A stretch of 64,000 nt of DNA from Vicugna vicugna (taxonomy: Eukaryota): positions 6,097,149 to 6,161,148 of the forward strand of contig MU058213.1 in the NCBI GenBank assembly GCA_013265495.1, given 5' to 3'. The notes beneath the pieces are model-generated. The model had not been told where the DNA came from. It made no database searches and worked only from the letters and a program-made list of their open reading frames with translations. Below are positions 26,551 through 39,610 of this stretch, piece after piece. How positions within the stretch are numbered: position 1 is the first letter of the stretch; each line of letters opens with the position of its first letter. Position numbers and translations under genes: made by a program.

Positions 26551-26648
26551 GAGGCAGGGGTGGGAACAGTTCAGTGGTAGAGCACGTGCTTAGCATGCAT
26601 GAGGTCCTGGGTTCAATCCCTAGTACCTCCATTAAAAAAAAAAAAAAA
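26551..26648 (+). mobile_element. tRNA-derived SINE (Vic-1-like)
   Basis: A/B boxes, poly(A), TSD atcaaacattc(t/c)gg. Confidence 0.9.
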
Positions 26649-27229
26649 ATCAAACATTCCGGGGTCTGTTTTTTATTCACTGAATTTTGTGCATGATGGA
26701 GCAGTATTTGGTGAATTCTGAGAGAGCTCTTCCCACACTAAACAGATTTTTAAGGGCAAAAACTCTTATTTATTCAGGTTTGGATTTTATTCACTTGCAT
26801 GCTATATTTTTCTCATTAAAAAAATGAGAAAAGTGAAACATAAGCTCCAAAAAATTTTTTTACATCAACTTTATAATTTTCTCAGGTATTATTTTCTTAG
26901 AGCAGTTCTCTTTGATTCTGCCTGACTGAGAATAAAGATTTTCTATTGAGTCATTACGTTTGTAACTAGTTGTGCAATATCTTCACGGTGTTTGGCTGGA
27001 GCTGGGTAGTGGTGGTGGGGTTACACCTGGTAGACGCCTATTTCCATGTAGGCAGCATCCTACAGCTTCAAAGCTGAGGACATTCTGGCTGTCACTGACA
27101 AGGAACTCCTTCTTCTCTGACTGATGTACAAGGCCCTTCCTAAAGGAGTAATATCACCAGGTAATGAAATGCAGCCAGAGTGCAGTTTCACCAGATAAAA
27201 CTTTCCCTGAATTTCGGGGTCACACGCAG

Positions 27230-27900
27230 GGCCATCGTGTTCAGAGGATGACACCCGGCCCTGAGCTGGCTCACGGCGGACTCCCGCGCGGTCATCTATC
27301 CGCTAACGCGTTTCCCCCATGTGTTTACCCGGAAGGCTCCCGGCCCGCGGCCCCGCCGGGCTTACCTGGGGGCGGAGGCGCGGCTCTCATCGGGTAGTTG
27401 GCATTGTGGGTCCTGCCGGGGTAACCCCGGTTCTGAGCGGTGTTCCTTCGGGTAGGACCTGAAATAAACCAGCAAGGCAAAGTTAGAATCAGCGCTGCTG
27501 GCTGGTTTTAGGCCCCTGGTGGTTCTTGTGCTCAGGGAACACGCGAGAGGAGTCTGGACCGCAGGCGTCCACACTTGGGCGGGTCTGCAGGAGGCCGGCG
27601 GCCCTGTCGGCGCGGCTCTCGGCCGGGAGGGGCCGAGGACATGTCGACGGAGGCAGGGCTTTGAAATGTGAGACACAAAGGCTTCCCCAAGAGGCACTAA
27701 TAAGCGTACAGAGGGGTTTCTATTTCTGTGGATGTTCCAAAGAGACAGATGCGACAGCGAGCGCCGGCGCTCCGGTCCGGCCCAGGCCCGCGGCGCTGAC
27801 GCCTCTGCTTCCGCCCAGAGCCGCGCGCGCCAGAGGCCGTGCGCTACGGTCTTCCAAGTAAACGCAAGGACCCCGAGGGTAGGAGCAGACCTGTAGCCCT
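27230..27900. promoter_or_regulatory. Intragenic CpG-rich island around MYO1E exon ~25
   Basis: Locally high GC and dense CpG (e.g. gccgcgcgcgcc, ggcccgcggccccgccggg) compared with the flanks. Confidence 0.6.
27366..27458 (-). CDS. MYO1E: Myosin IE exon ~25 (TH2: [30 protein letters not shown])
   Basis: tttcag / gtaagc junctions, 93 bp, in frame. Confidence 0.93.
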
Positions 27901-28776
27901 GACACAGGCGTGCAGAGTGAGAAGGCAAGCGGTGGTGATGGGGCTGCACTGCGAGCCAGAACCAGGACTGGGGCGGGAGGGCCGCTGGGGCCAGCTGGAA
28001 TCTCTGCAGAGATGATGTGTCAGAAAGGACAAGAAACAAGGGCTCCAGAAGGACATGAAGGGGGGCAAGATTAAATCAGCTGGAAGCGGGGTGCAGGGGG
28101 AGCGCCTTGTAAAGGAAACAGGGACAAGGCAGGAAGAGCATGAAGCAAAGGAGCCGGTCTCGGGTCCTGGGGTGAGAGGACGTGGCCAGGGGAGGGTGTC
28201 CCATTCCTGCCCCTCATCCCCATGCAGATGTAGTAAAACATAAAACACTGTCTTAGACACTATATTGGGGTCTACTGAGCACTGCTCACACATCCTGCTG
28301 GTGATCTGCAGTGCTTCTTTGCCAGGCTCTGTGCCCTGGGGTCTGAGCCCAATGGACTGTTAAGCCTCTGCATCCCAGTTGGCTTTGGCCAGTGGGAGGC
28401 ACTGGTCGGAGACACCAGCACCAGGAGAGAGCATCAGGGCATCTCTTCTACCTGCTTCCTGCCTGCATCCTTCATTCGTCTCTGCTCTTTCCTCCCTCGG
28501 CCCCTTCAGGCTTAGGGGTAACAGTGATGCCCTGCTGTTCCTTGCTCCTGAGTTCCCACTTTGTTCCCTTAACCCTGCTCATACCTCTGTAAAGAGCCCT
28601 TTCATGTAAAACCCTCTTCAAAGATCCCACCTAAATGTGCTGTCTTCTGGCAATTGCCAAGATACACAGATATACACCAACAGTTCCTGAGTGGCTGTGT
28701 CTCTGTGCTGTATTAGTGAGTTACAGCACGTGCCACCGTGCACACTGTAGACAGGTGTCCAAGAGGCCTGTTTTAC

Positions 28777-28908
28777 GGGGGTGGGTACAGCCGCGTCGTG
28801 AAGCATGTGCTTAGGATGCACAAGGTCCTGGGCTTAATCCCTAGTGCGGCCATTAAAAAAAATGTTCTTTTAAATTAAAAAAAAATGTAGTCTTTAAGAA
28901 AAAAAAAG
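28777..28908 (+). mobile_element. Diverged tRNA-derived SINE
   Basis: Degenerate copy of the same family with an A-rich tail. Confidence 0.7.
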
Positions 28909-29598
28909 GCTATTTTGTATTTGGCATATTCTTCACTGATCATATATATGGACTGCCTTCTGTAAAGATACCTACATCACAGGAATACATAGCACATATG
29001 ATTACTTTATGCTGTGTGTTACAACTTTATAAATATCATCTATAAATAGAAAGGAATCAAAGGCCAATAAAGGAATTAGACTGGGGTGTGAGTCAGTGCC
29101 TGTGCGTCTTCTAATGACGCCCCTGGAAGTGAAGGAGGGAGATACCAGACGTGAGGCACAGTAACACAGCGAAGCCCGGCAGGGAGTGGTAAACGTGGTC
29201 AATTTCTTTAACGTGGATGGAAAGGATGAGGTCTGTATTGTTGACAAGATCAGAGTGCAAAGGGCTGGGAAATTTAAAGCCAACAAACTGATCTGTTTTA
29301 AACACAATTAGTACTGTAATGCCAGGAATACTCCACATAACCATTAAATCATTCAGAAAGGTTTAACCCGCCCATTTGCCTTGGTGTCGGTTTGGTTTGA
29401 AATGTTTCAATCTGAAGAAAATCCCAGCCCCAGAAAGCAGTAAATGTGCAGGTTCTTTCCCCTGCAGATCTGTGCGTGGATCGTGAGTGTCTGGCAGGAG
29501 AAGGGTTCGGCCCAGAGCAGGGTGAGGGAGGGCCAGGCGGGGAGCCCAGAAGCCCCAAGCCCAGCCGTGGTCCCACCTGCGTGGCCGCGGACACTTAC

Positions 29599-29756
29599 GG
29601 GAGTTCTTGGGCAGCCCGGGTCCGATGCTGACCTGCAGCACTTTGTTGCTGGGCTTGAGGATGGCCAGGTCACCGAAGCCCTGGTGGAACTGCACTTGCC
29701 GGGAGCCCCCTGCACTCCAGGGACCCCAGTTCTCCTTTTTCAACTTGAGTTCAAGC
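29599..29756 (-). CDS. MYO1E: Myosin IE exon ~24 ([23 protein letters not shown]...[11 protein letters not shown])
   Basis: tcacag / gtaagt junctions, 158 bp; end of the TH1 domain. Confidence 0.96.
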
Positions 29757-30280
29757 CTGTGACAAGCATAATTAACAAGTCGAGACCATGTTAAAGCAAA
29801 CGGAGGTGAGTCCACACACAAGACACCAGCCATCACAGCCCCCGAGTCACCATATGTCCCACCAGTAGGCTGTATTCTGCATTGAACTGGGGAACTTGAG
29901 CTCCCACTCCAATCACTGTCTTCTGCTAGCAGCCTCACTCCACTTCTGTCTGCTCTGCCGAATAAAATATTCCTGTATTGCTCATATATAAACATTTGCC
30001 TTTCCAGGCCTCACCTCGGTGACCTTTGTCCAGCAGATAAATAAAATACACCATTTGATGAAGTCATTATTTGATAGAAATGCAAAAGTGACCTTTTCAA
30101 AGTCTGTGGCAACCATCTGGACTGTCTTCCACGGGTCCTAAGAGTCCACCAGAAAAGTCGAGGCACCCAGGGCTCCTCGAAGCCGCTGGAGCCAGTCAGA
30201 CCCCACGCCGCACCCCACAGGCCTCCCCGCCTCTCAGCCTAGACACCAGGAGTGAGATCAAGGCCCCAGATCCCAACTTA

Positions 30281-30505
<225 letters not shown>

Positions 30506-30869
30506 CTATAAGACAGCACTAGGTTTCTACAGCCTTTCTTACTGTAATGGATTATCTTTAAAACAAAACACAATAAGTTACGTAAATAAAGTTGCTAAAA
30601 TATGCCTCTGAAAGAAGTTTACAGCCCACCAAAAGCATAATCGAAGTACTTCTCTTATGTGACTTTTCCCCCTGTTTTTTCAATATGACTTAAAAATCAG
30701 GAATTTAAGAGCAATTTAGTCTGTATTCAAACAAGTCCATTTTCAAATTCAACTTCCATGTTCCTAAAATCATAAAATCCAGAATGTTATGAATAGAATG
30801 TGACTGAAAATGAACAATTCCATGCAAGTTCCAAGTTAGCAGAATTTATGATATGGTTGTACTTATTGT

Positions 30870-30931
30870 ATTTTTAATTTTTTTTTTAAATTGAAGTACA
30901 GTCAGTTTACAATGTGTCCATTTCTGGTGTA
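30870..30931 (-). mobile_element. Very short L1 3' tail
   Basis: T-run plus aattgaagtacagtcagtttacaatgtgtcc...tctggtgta. Confidence 0.6.
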
Positions 30932-32371
30932 AGTTGTAGCTACTGTAATAAGTCCTAATGGCAAGAACCGTGAGCTCAGTCATCAAAAGGGAAGCCAAAG
31001 TCCTAGGTTTCACACGCCCTTTCAGGAGCATCTGGGGATTCGGTGCTCTGCTATAGTGCAAGCCAGGTCTGTTGACTGTCCAAACACACCAGAGTCCAGA
31101 AAAACACAAGACAGGCGCACACACAGCGAGCACAGTCACCACCTTAACACACCTTCGTGGGAGCTGCATGTTCGGACAGGGTGGGGCTGTGGGGAGACAC
31201 ATAGCTGGAAGGGAGGGAGCGTCGGGAGCTGCGGGAAGAACGGCAGAGAGAGGCTGAGGCAAAGCCAGTCCCGGGGAACACGCTTAGTGGTCAGGGGTTC
31301 ATCAGTTCCATCCCCAGCCCCAGCCAGACTTTGTGGAAACCACAATGCACATATGACTGAGAATTTTTCTTCCCTGGTTGTTGCATGTGTAGTGCAGTGG
31401 AGGGAGGCCACCGCCCCAAAGGCTTCATGATACACAACTTTACCACCATCCAAGCAACACTGTCAAGCACCTAAGACAACCCTATAGAGAGTGACATTTC
31501 ATTATGGATGGTAGGTGTTTTTCCAGGTAATATAAACAAAGTAAGTGATCTTGCTTCAGTGAACTGACCACAGGAAACTGTAATCTCTCTGAGTGCAGGA
31601 AATGCTGAGGACGGGGTTCCTTAGTAACCAGAGCTGAGCTGTGTCACCCAGAGCTATGCTCTGCCCTCAGGGCCCTGGTACCGCCGCATCCGTGGGATGA
31701 CTGTGCTGTGACACCAGACGGTGAGGCAAACATGGAGGACTGGGGTACAGAGGATCCTTGAGGGGAGGGATCCTCTTCCATGCAGAGTTTGATCCACTTG
31801 AACTACAATTCCTCTGGCCTCCCTGTGCAGTGGCAGGACTAGGACAAGGTCGGGGTGGGCGGTCTGTGGGACCAGAGGTCTTCATGGGCAGAGAGAGCCT
31901 GGATGATCCCAGCTTTGTCAGGAACCGTCTCTCTCTGGGCCACAGCAGGGAGCTAATGACTTGTCCCTGATTGAGCCAGATGCTACAGCCACAGCCTCTT
32001 TCTCTGAGACCTCAGCTCCTCAGTCTCCCTACAGGAAAGGAGCCTCGTAATTCACAGGAGGAAGAAGGTCTAAGGTAGGACCCCAATCAAGCGGGAACAT
32101 AAAGGCACACAGCAGCAGCACATGCAGCCCCAGGGCAGGAATGGAGGAAACTGGCAGCAAAACACCGCCACGGGGAAGAAAGAGCGGGGCCCTTCGTGGC
32201 CTGTTTACTGAAGATGGGGACATCGAAGAGTTCTTGGATTCAAAGTCAGAACCCTTTACAGGCATCTGGGGACACCTAATGGCCACCTGGGTGGAGCACG
32301 TGGTCATGACTATTACCTCAAGAGTTTGTTCTCAAATATCCCCGCATCACAGCCACGCTACCTGCGCACTC

Positions 32372-32665
32372 TTGTGCTGGCTGGGATACAGGTTTTGCTG
32401 TTGTGATGAAGACCCCGACAACCTGAGGTTTAAACAACATAGCATTTTTGTCTCTGTCACTCAACAGCATGTACAAAAGCAATTCAGGGCCAACACGACA
32501 GTCCTACAGCGCCTGGCAGCCAGGCGTCTGCCTACTCCCCACCTTTACAGGTATCACCCAGAAGATGCACATCACTGCTCACACCCCACTGGCCAGCGAT
32601 GTGTCACATGGTCACACCTGGCAGAAAGGAGCCTGGGGAATGCGGCCTTGGGGTGGGCTGCCGGC
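32372..32665. mobile_element. Old MaLR (MLT1-type) LTR fragment
   Basis: cacatcactgctcacaccccactggccag...cacatggtcacacctggcagaaaggagcctgggga. Confidence 0.5.
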
Positions 32666-33695
32666 TATCAACATGCAGAGGAATGAGAATCACAGGACAG
32701 CTCACAATCCCCTCTGTACTTCCTTGCTCATCAACTTTTCCAAACCTGGAATTAGACTCTCTTCTTAAAGTTTGAGGATAATATACCTCAGGGAGTGTGG
32801 CCACAAAGCCACTGCCTAGAAACAGGCAGATGAAAACTCTGCAACTGTCTTCATCACTTCAATGACAGCAATGCGAAATTCCAAAAGGCACTTGTGTAAA
32901 AGCTGCTCAGAACGGCTCTCCCGTCATTCGGAATTAAGAAAGTAAAGTGCCAGCGTGCTAGCACAGGTCTAAGGCGGCGGCTGCATACGAAGGGGGTGCA
33001 TACGATGGGGGAAGAGGCAGCCAGGACGAACCCCAGATTTAGTGTGTAGGGTGGAGTGAAGCTCCCGCTTTAGCTGCTTGATGCAAAGCACTTGACACGT
33101 CTGGGCACATCTGTTTGCCGGGCTGTGCTTTAGGTGGAATGGCGGTTACTCAACAGGGTTAAATCAGCCCAACGCCAGAAACTTTGCGTGGTTTAATGTG
33201 CTCAGATTTATTAGGAGTTCCACGATCATAAATAAACAAAGCAAGCAGGCCAAACATCAAGGTCAATTATCAGCATGAGTCTGCAGATGAGAAGAGACTG
33301 TTTGGACACTTTGACTTCAACCATCAAATTAAAAAACATGCCCTTCAGTGACCCAGGTCCAAGTGTCAGGAAGCCATCCTCACCCAGGCCAGAGTTTCAG
33401 CTCATTTCCCTCTCCACAGCCCACACGCCTACATCTGAAAACAAAGCTTTTCCATTTATTTTTTTTCCTAAAAAAAAAAATCAGACTTGTTTTTGGACTT
33501 CACCTCCGTCTTACTCATATGCTCAAGTTGCAATTCCTTACAGACGCCTGGAGTGGTGTCCTGTGCTGGAAACTGCGTTACTGGCCGCCAGTCTGGCTCT
33601 CTACTGTTTCTTCACTCTCCCATCTTTGTGGCTTATTGTTGTACTGCTGACAACACTAGGAAATCTTGTTTTAGTTCCATAACCGGTATCTTCCC

Positions 33696-33821
33696 TTTTT
33701 TTTAATTAAAAAAAATTTTTTTTGTGGGGGAAGTCATTAGCCTTTTTTTTTTTTTAATGGAGGTACTGGGGATTGAACCCATACTAGGCACTCACTCTAC
33801 CACTGAGCTATACGCTCCCCC
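33696..33821 (-). mobile_element. tRNA-derived SINE (internally deleted)
   Basis: ggaggtactggggattgaaccc...ctctaccactgagctatac. Confidence 0.85.
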
Positions 33822-33877
33822 AATAGTTTCTTCTCAAAAATGTTAGGTATAAAACACTGGGTAAGGTCTCAAAGGAG

Positions 33878-33994
33878 TTTTTTTTGGAGGGGTAGGTTGG
33901 TTTGTTTGTTTATTTAATGGAGAGACTGGGGATTGAACCCAGGACCTCATGCATGCTAAGCACACACTCTACCACTGAGCTATACCCTCGCCCC
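33878..33994 (-). mobile_element. tRNA-derived SINE
   Basis: Same family; flanked by an aggagttttttt direct repeat. Confidence 0.85.
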
Positions 33995-35254
33995 AGGAGT
34001 TTTTTTCCTTAAAGCTGAAAAGGCAGTTTCAGCTAGGACAGCCGCTGCCTTTATTTAAGCCTTAAAAAAAAATGTTTCCTGCTTGTGAAATAGATGCTCC
34101 TTTTAGTAAGCTAAACACTACAGAGGTGAAAAAAATTCTACCGTTCACAGAAACCAATGACACCAGTTTGGGAATCCTACTTAACTTCTGTGGGAAAGTG
34201 CAGATACACGTGGTGTTAGGCCCCGGCACCGGCCTCCCAGGAGAGGCCTCCCGGGACCCCCAGGGGAAAAGGCTCACTCCCGTCTTTTGCCCCCCAGGAG
34301 TGACCCGGGTACCACAGTCTCAACACATGCAAGCCGCGCACCACGTTTACTCAGGACACTGCTCCCTCTTGCAGAACGGGATGGGGCGCCTCGAGGCAGG
34401 GACGGTGTCTCGTTCACCCGCGAATCCAGAGCTGAACACAAGCGAAGCGGATCGATCCAAAAATGTCAACAGCTCCCAGGTTCCCAAAGCTCAAAGGCCA
34501 CAGCGAGCAGGGTTTCAGTCATGCGTCAGGTCAGCCGAGCAAGGAGGGGAGCAGACGGTCCTTGCTGCCGGAGGAGTAGGGCAATCAGGCAGTGAGCCAT
34601 CCCAGGGGGCCTGGGGCCTCCGTCTAAAGCCCCCTCTTCCAGTAGTACAAGTAGTAGAAAATCTACCCACCCAGACAGGCGGCCCCGTAGCTTTCGGGCT
34701 TAGCCCTCTGGGGATCAGCTACTGGAATGGGAAGGGCCCTCGGCAGCTTCAGCAGAGACAGCCCCAGGTATGAGAGTGATGACACCAACACTGCCGCCAA
34801 CAGGAAGGCAAAGAGCACGGGCTATTACACCTGGTGGCCACCCTTCCAGCAAATTGAGTTTTTAAAATAAGGGTGAGGCCAGGTCAGTGCTTGGGCCAGA
34901 AGCAGCTCTGCAAGGATCTTTCAATAATTGATGCTCGGCCTCCTGTCAGCAGATAGCCCAAAGCCTCAGAAATCCGATGTCTCAACTACATGTCAGTGTG
35001 TCACTCCTGAGATCCTCACCATGTCTCCAATGAAGGCAGAAATGCGGGTGTCAATCTTCCTAACTTATACTTAGATAAACATCTTTCTTGTTCCTTTGAG
35101 CAACTGTAGTCACCATATCTCTGAGCTATTGGGTCTAATCTATTTTTTTCCCTGTAAGTTAAAAGCATTTTTAAGAATTTTCAATTATAATTCAGCTAGA
35201 TATATTTCAGTACATTTACAAAAGGTAAAGACTTCTAAAAATATGATGTCTACT

Positions 35255-35640
35255 GGAAGACTAGGAAACAATTTTTATAATGGAAAATTCCAAATATATA
35301 AAAAAGCAGAATAGCAGAATGAACCTGCACATGTCAGGAGGTTTCAGCAATGTGGATCAATCCACAGTCAGTCATATTTCTTTACAGGCCCACTCCCCCC
35401 ACTTCCACACACCAGCTAGGGTATTTTAGAGCAGAGTATAAATATTACATTATCTTATTCTTAAATATTTCAGTGCTTATCTCTAAGAGATAAAGCCTCT
35501 TTGAATAAAAATAACCACAGTACCATTAGCACACCTAAAGAAATGAATAAATCCTTCATCAGATATTTTGCCATGTTCACATCTCCCCAGATTGTCTCGT
35601 AATTGTTTCTGTAGGGCTGGTGTGTTTGAATAGAGAGCTG
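35255..35640 (-). mobile_element. Ancient L1MC-like 3'UTR fragment
   Basis: ttttataatggaaaattccaaatatata...ataaccacagtaccattagcacacctaaag. Confidence 0.55.
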
Positions 35641-35856
35641 TAAGCCAATTTGGCCTTATTGATAATAGTTATAAGAGTCAGAGACGGGCTGAAAGAAGAC
35701 ACTGATAGTCTGAACGAGCAGCAGCCAGGTGATCATTCCAGCCAAGAGTCAAGAAGCCTCATAAAGTCTTGAAAACACACACACGTTGCAACTTTCCTCT
35801 TAAAGTGCAAGACAACTGTTAAAATATTTCTCCATATCAATACTGAAATATATTGA

Positions 35857-35858
35857 GA

Positions 35859-35886
<28 letters not shown>
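35857..35886. repeat. (AC)n microsatellite
   Basis: ~15 AC units seen directly. Confidence 0.9.
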
Positions 35887-35889
<3 letters not shown>

Positions 35890-36730
35890 TTCATCTGGCA
35901 CTACAATCAATTTCTATTGTGGGTTTGACTCTACACACTCCATCATCCGCCTGGGTGGATGATGGAAATGAGAGAACAGTACTAATCTTGGTACGTGTGG
36001 GGATCAGTAACTGTAATATACAAGGAGGACAAGTTAAAATGACTCAGGCTTTTTTTTCCCCTAGAGCCAGAACAAATTTCAGGCTAAGTCCTTCATTTCA
36101 TTACATCCTCTAACAAGGAGAGGCCACAAGGAAGCAAATGCCCAGGCCATGAATACTAAAGAGAAAGCAGAAAAAGAAGCTGATTTTACTGAGACATTGC
36201 ATCCCCAGAAGCTGTGAGAAGAAAGAAAAAAAAGAAAAAAAAAATTGAGAGTGACTATCCCACACTTCGAAGACTAGATGGACAAGATAGTAAGTGTCAA
36301 AGTACTTGATACAAATGTAGATACACTGTGATCAGGCATTCCGTGAGGGGTCTGAAGGCTGCAGACAGACCTGGGCGATAATAAAAGGAAGACCAATGAT
36401 GACCAAAGCTGTCATTCTCCCAGCACTTCGCAGCTCACCCACATTCGCCGAGGTCTAGCTGGTCCCCAGGCAAGAAAAAGAGATGCTTCCAGTTGGGTTC
36501 CTTGGAACACGAAGGGCAGCCTCAAGGCCCAGCTAGCCAGGAAGGGTGGGGCCGGCAGGCTGCCCAGCTCAGGCTGTGACCCAGCCAGTGAGCTTGGATG
36601 CTCAGCAAGACCTGAAAACCAGACAGTGCTGAGAGCTTTTCCGTGAAATCCACGGCACTGAGGCCCATCCGAGGTGGGGCTGCAAAGAGCTGCCGATGGA
36701 CTCATCTGCTCAGAAGTTCCACCACATCCT

Positions 36731-36821
36731 GGGGGAGGGAATAGCTCAGTGGTAGAGCGTGTGCTCAGTTTGCATGGGGTCCTGGGTTCAATTTCCAGTA
36801 CCTCCACTGACCAAAAAAAAA
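36731..36821 (+). mobile_element. tRNA-derived SINE (Vic-1-like)
   Basis: A/B boxes, A-tail, TSD ttc(c/t)accacatcct. Confidence 0.9.
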
Positions 36822-37982
36822 TTCTACCACATCCTGAACTGAAGTGTTTTAAACACTTAACCTCGCTGCACCGCCTGGCCCTTTATCAGGAAAATGGGAA
36901 ACAGACAGAATCAGAAACCACAGCGACACAGCCAAGAATGGACACAATTTAAAATCTGCTTTGGATGACGGCACTAGAGCCAGGATTTCCAGCCAGCCTG
37001 GTGGGCCAGATGCCTCAGCACACAAGGCCCCTGCTTCTTCCTGGGAGAAGCAGTTTTGTCCTCTATGCGGAGTAAGAGTTTAGAGGTGTCCCAATTCCAG
37101 CAAGACACGTTCGCAACCAGAACAGCACTTGCAATGCAGTGGCAGCGCGAAGCCCTCCAGCAGAGGCGGTGGCGTCCTCAGCAGGGCCCAGGGACGCAAC
37201 GCAGGGAGGAAGCTGCTGGCTCAACGGGACCTTTCTTCCTCTTCCCTTAGCCTTCTGTGGACTGACAGGGTTTCCTCTCATCAGAGGGAGCTTAGTTACC
37301 CTCTAAGTTACTAGCATGGGAGGATTTTAGGGAAGTGTCAGCAGGCAGAGACGCCCCTCTACCAAAAGAAAGCCAGAGTGCACACAGGAGGGGCGCAAGG
37401 CCTGCCCGTGAACTTGGAGACGAAGGAGCACCTGGCAAGGACTCCAGGGCTACGCATAATCTGTACTCCCTCCCGGGCATGAACAGGCAGAAAGGGCCTC
37501 AAGGAGTCCAAAGACACGCCCCCTCTAGGACACTTGGAGTTCACGGCAAACTAAACCAATCGTGGTGCCCGTCTGGCCCCCTCTGCTTGGGCCTCTGCTG
37601 GTGAAATGGGTTAGGGCTTCGACACGGCCGACGTGGGCTTGCGGGCGGGCTCTGGACTGTTGGCCCCACTTCAGCAAGTGCAATCAGGCTGTGTCTGTTT
37701 CACACCCTAGGTTTATTTATCAAAGTTTATGGGAACAAAGAATCTGAGTGTCCCTTGACTGGAGGAGCAGATCACAAGGCAACTTTTCCTCGGCATCTCA
37801 TTCTCTGAGGAACAGAGACGCCCAGAGACGTGTGAGGGTCAGGCCCTCTGAGGCAAGACGGGAATTTCAGTTCCCTTCACCACGACTGCAAGTGAGGAGC
37901 CTCTCTCCAGGCCGCACCTGGGATGGCGGGTGGCGATGCTGAAGAGAGACGGGGCTCCCTGCTGCTGCGCCGTCACCACTCA

Positions 37983-38748
<766 letters not shown>

Positions 38749-38755
38749 TTAATTT

Positions 38756-38773
38756 AGGCGCCATGACTCAGAT
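38756..38773 (+). promoter_or_regulatory. Primer-binding site, tRNA-His-like
   Basis: aggcgccatgactcagat matches TGGTGCCGTGACTCGGAT at 14/18, with two mismatches at CpG positions; lies just after the 5' LTR. Confidence 0.65.
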
Positions 38774-39610
38774 TGCATGCTTAAACCCAATCCTATCTCC
38801 TTCACTTTCCTCTTCCCTCCTTGAGGCCAGTCAGCGGAGCACAAGCTCCTAGGGCCGGTTGTGCAGCTGGGCCGAGAATACAAGGCGTCGTAGGTGAGTG
38901 GTGGCTGGGCAGGGAAGGGCAGCTGGGTGCACACCTGGTTGCTCCAAGCCATGAGGGCCGGTCGGTGGCGGGTGGCCCCTCTGGCCGCGGATCTCCATGC
39001 CAGGAGCAGGGGCCCAGGGTGCAACCCCACTTCCCTCCTGCCCTGCGTCCGGAGCTCCAGGCAGCACTGGGCCGGTCGGGCGGCAGGTGGCCCATTTGGG
39101 ACCCTCTGCTCCGGCAGACTGCTGCACTGGGGTACCGAGGCCACATGCCACCTCCCCATGTCCAGCCACATGCACGCCTGCCCACAGAACACCTTGTCCA
39201 CACCTGCGCTGTGCTGTGAGAGCCAGCTTGCTCCCCGCCTCACCACCCTGCCCTCCAGGGAGCTCCAGGTGGAGCTCAGCAAGGGTACGCCAGAGCCACA
39301 ATAAACTTAATCCCTTTTCTTTCTTGCTCCCGGGTGACCAGCCACTGGCTAATCTAAAGGAGATCACTCCAATCAGACCACGGAGACACCCAGCACACAG
39401 CAAGACCTGTTTCCCCCTTTCTGGAGTGGAGGCTGAGACGTCAGCTTCCATGCCCGAATCAGGACCCTAGGACGCTAGGCACTGCTGATCCATGGCTACT
39501 CTCTAGGATGCATTTGGTTGAGGATAGGCTGAGATGTCAGCCTAGTCTACAGGCCTTTCACCTTAGGACGCTAAGCTCTGAAACCCCCCTGTGTTCTCCC
39601 CGTTTTTCAG

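Noticed and set aside
34072..34773. 233-aa ORF on +
   Set aside because: No domain or compositional signal; antisense intronic GC-rich sequence, likely chance
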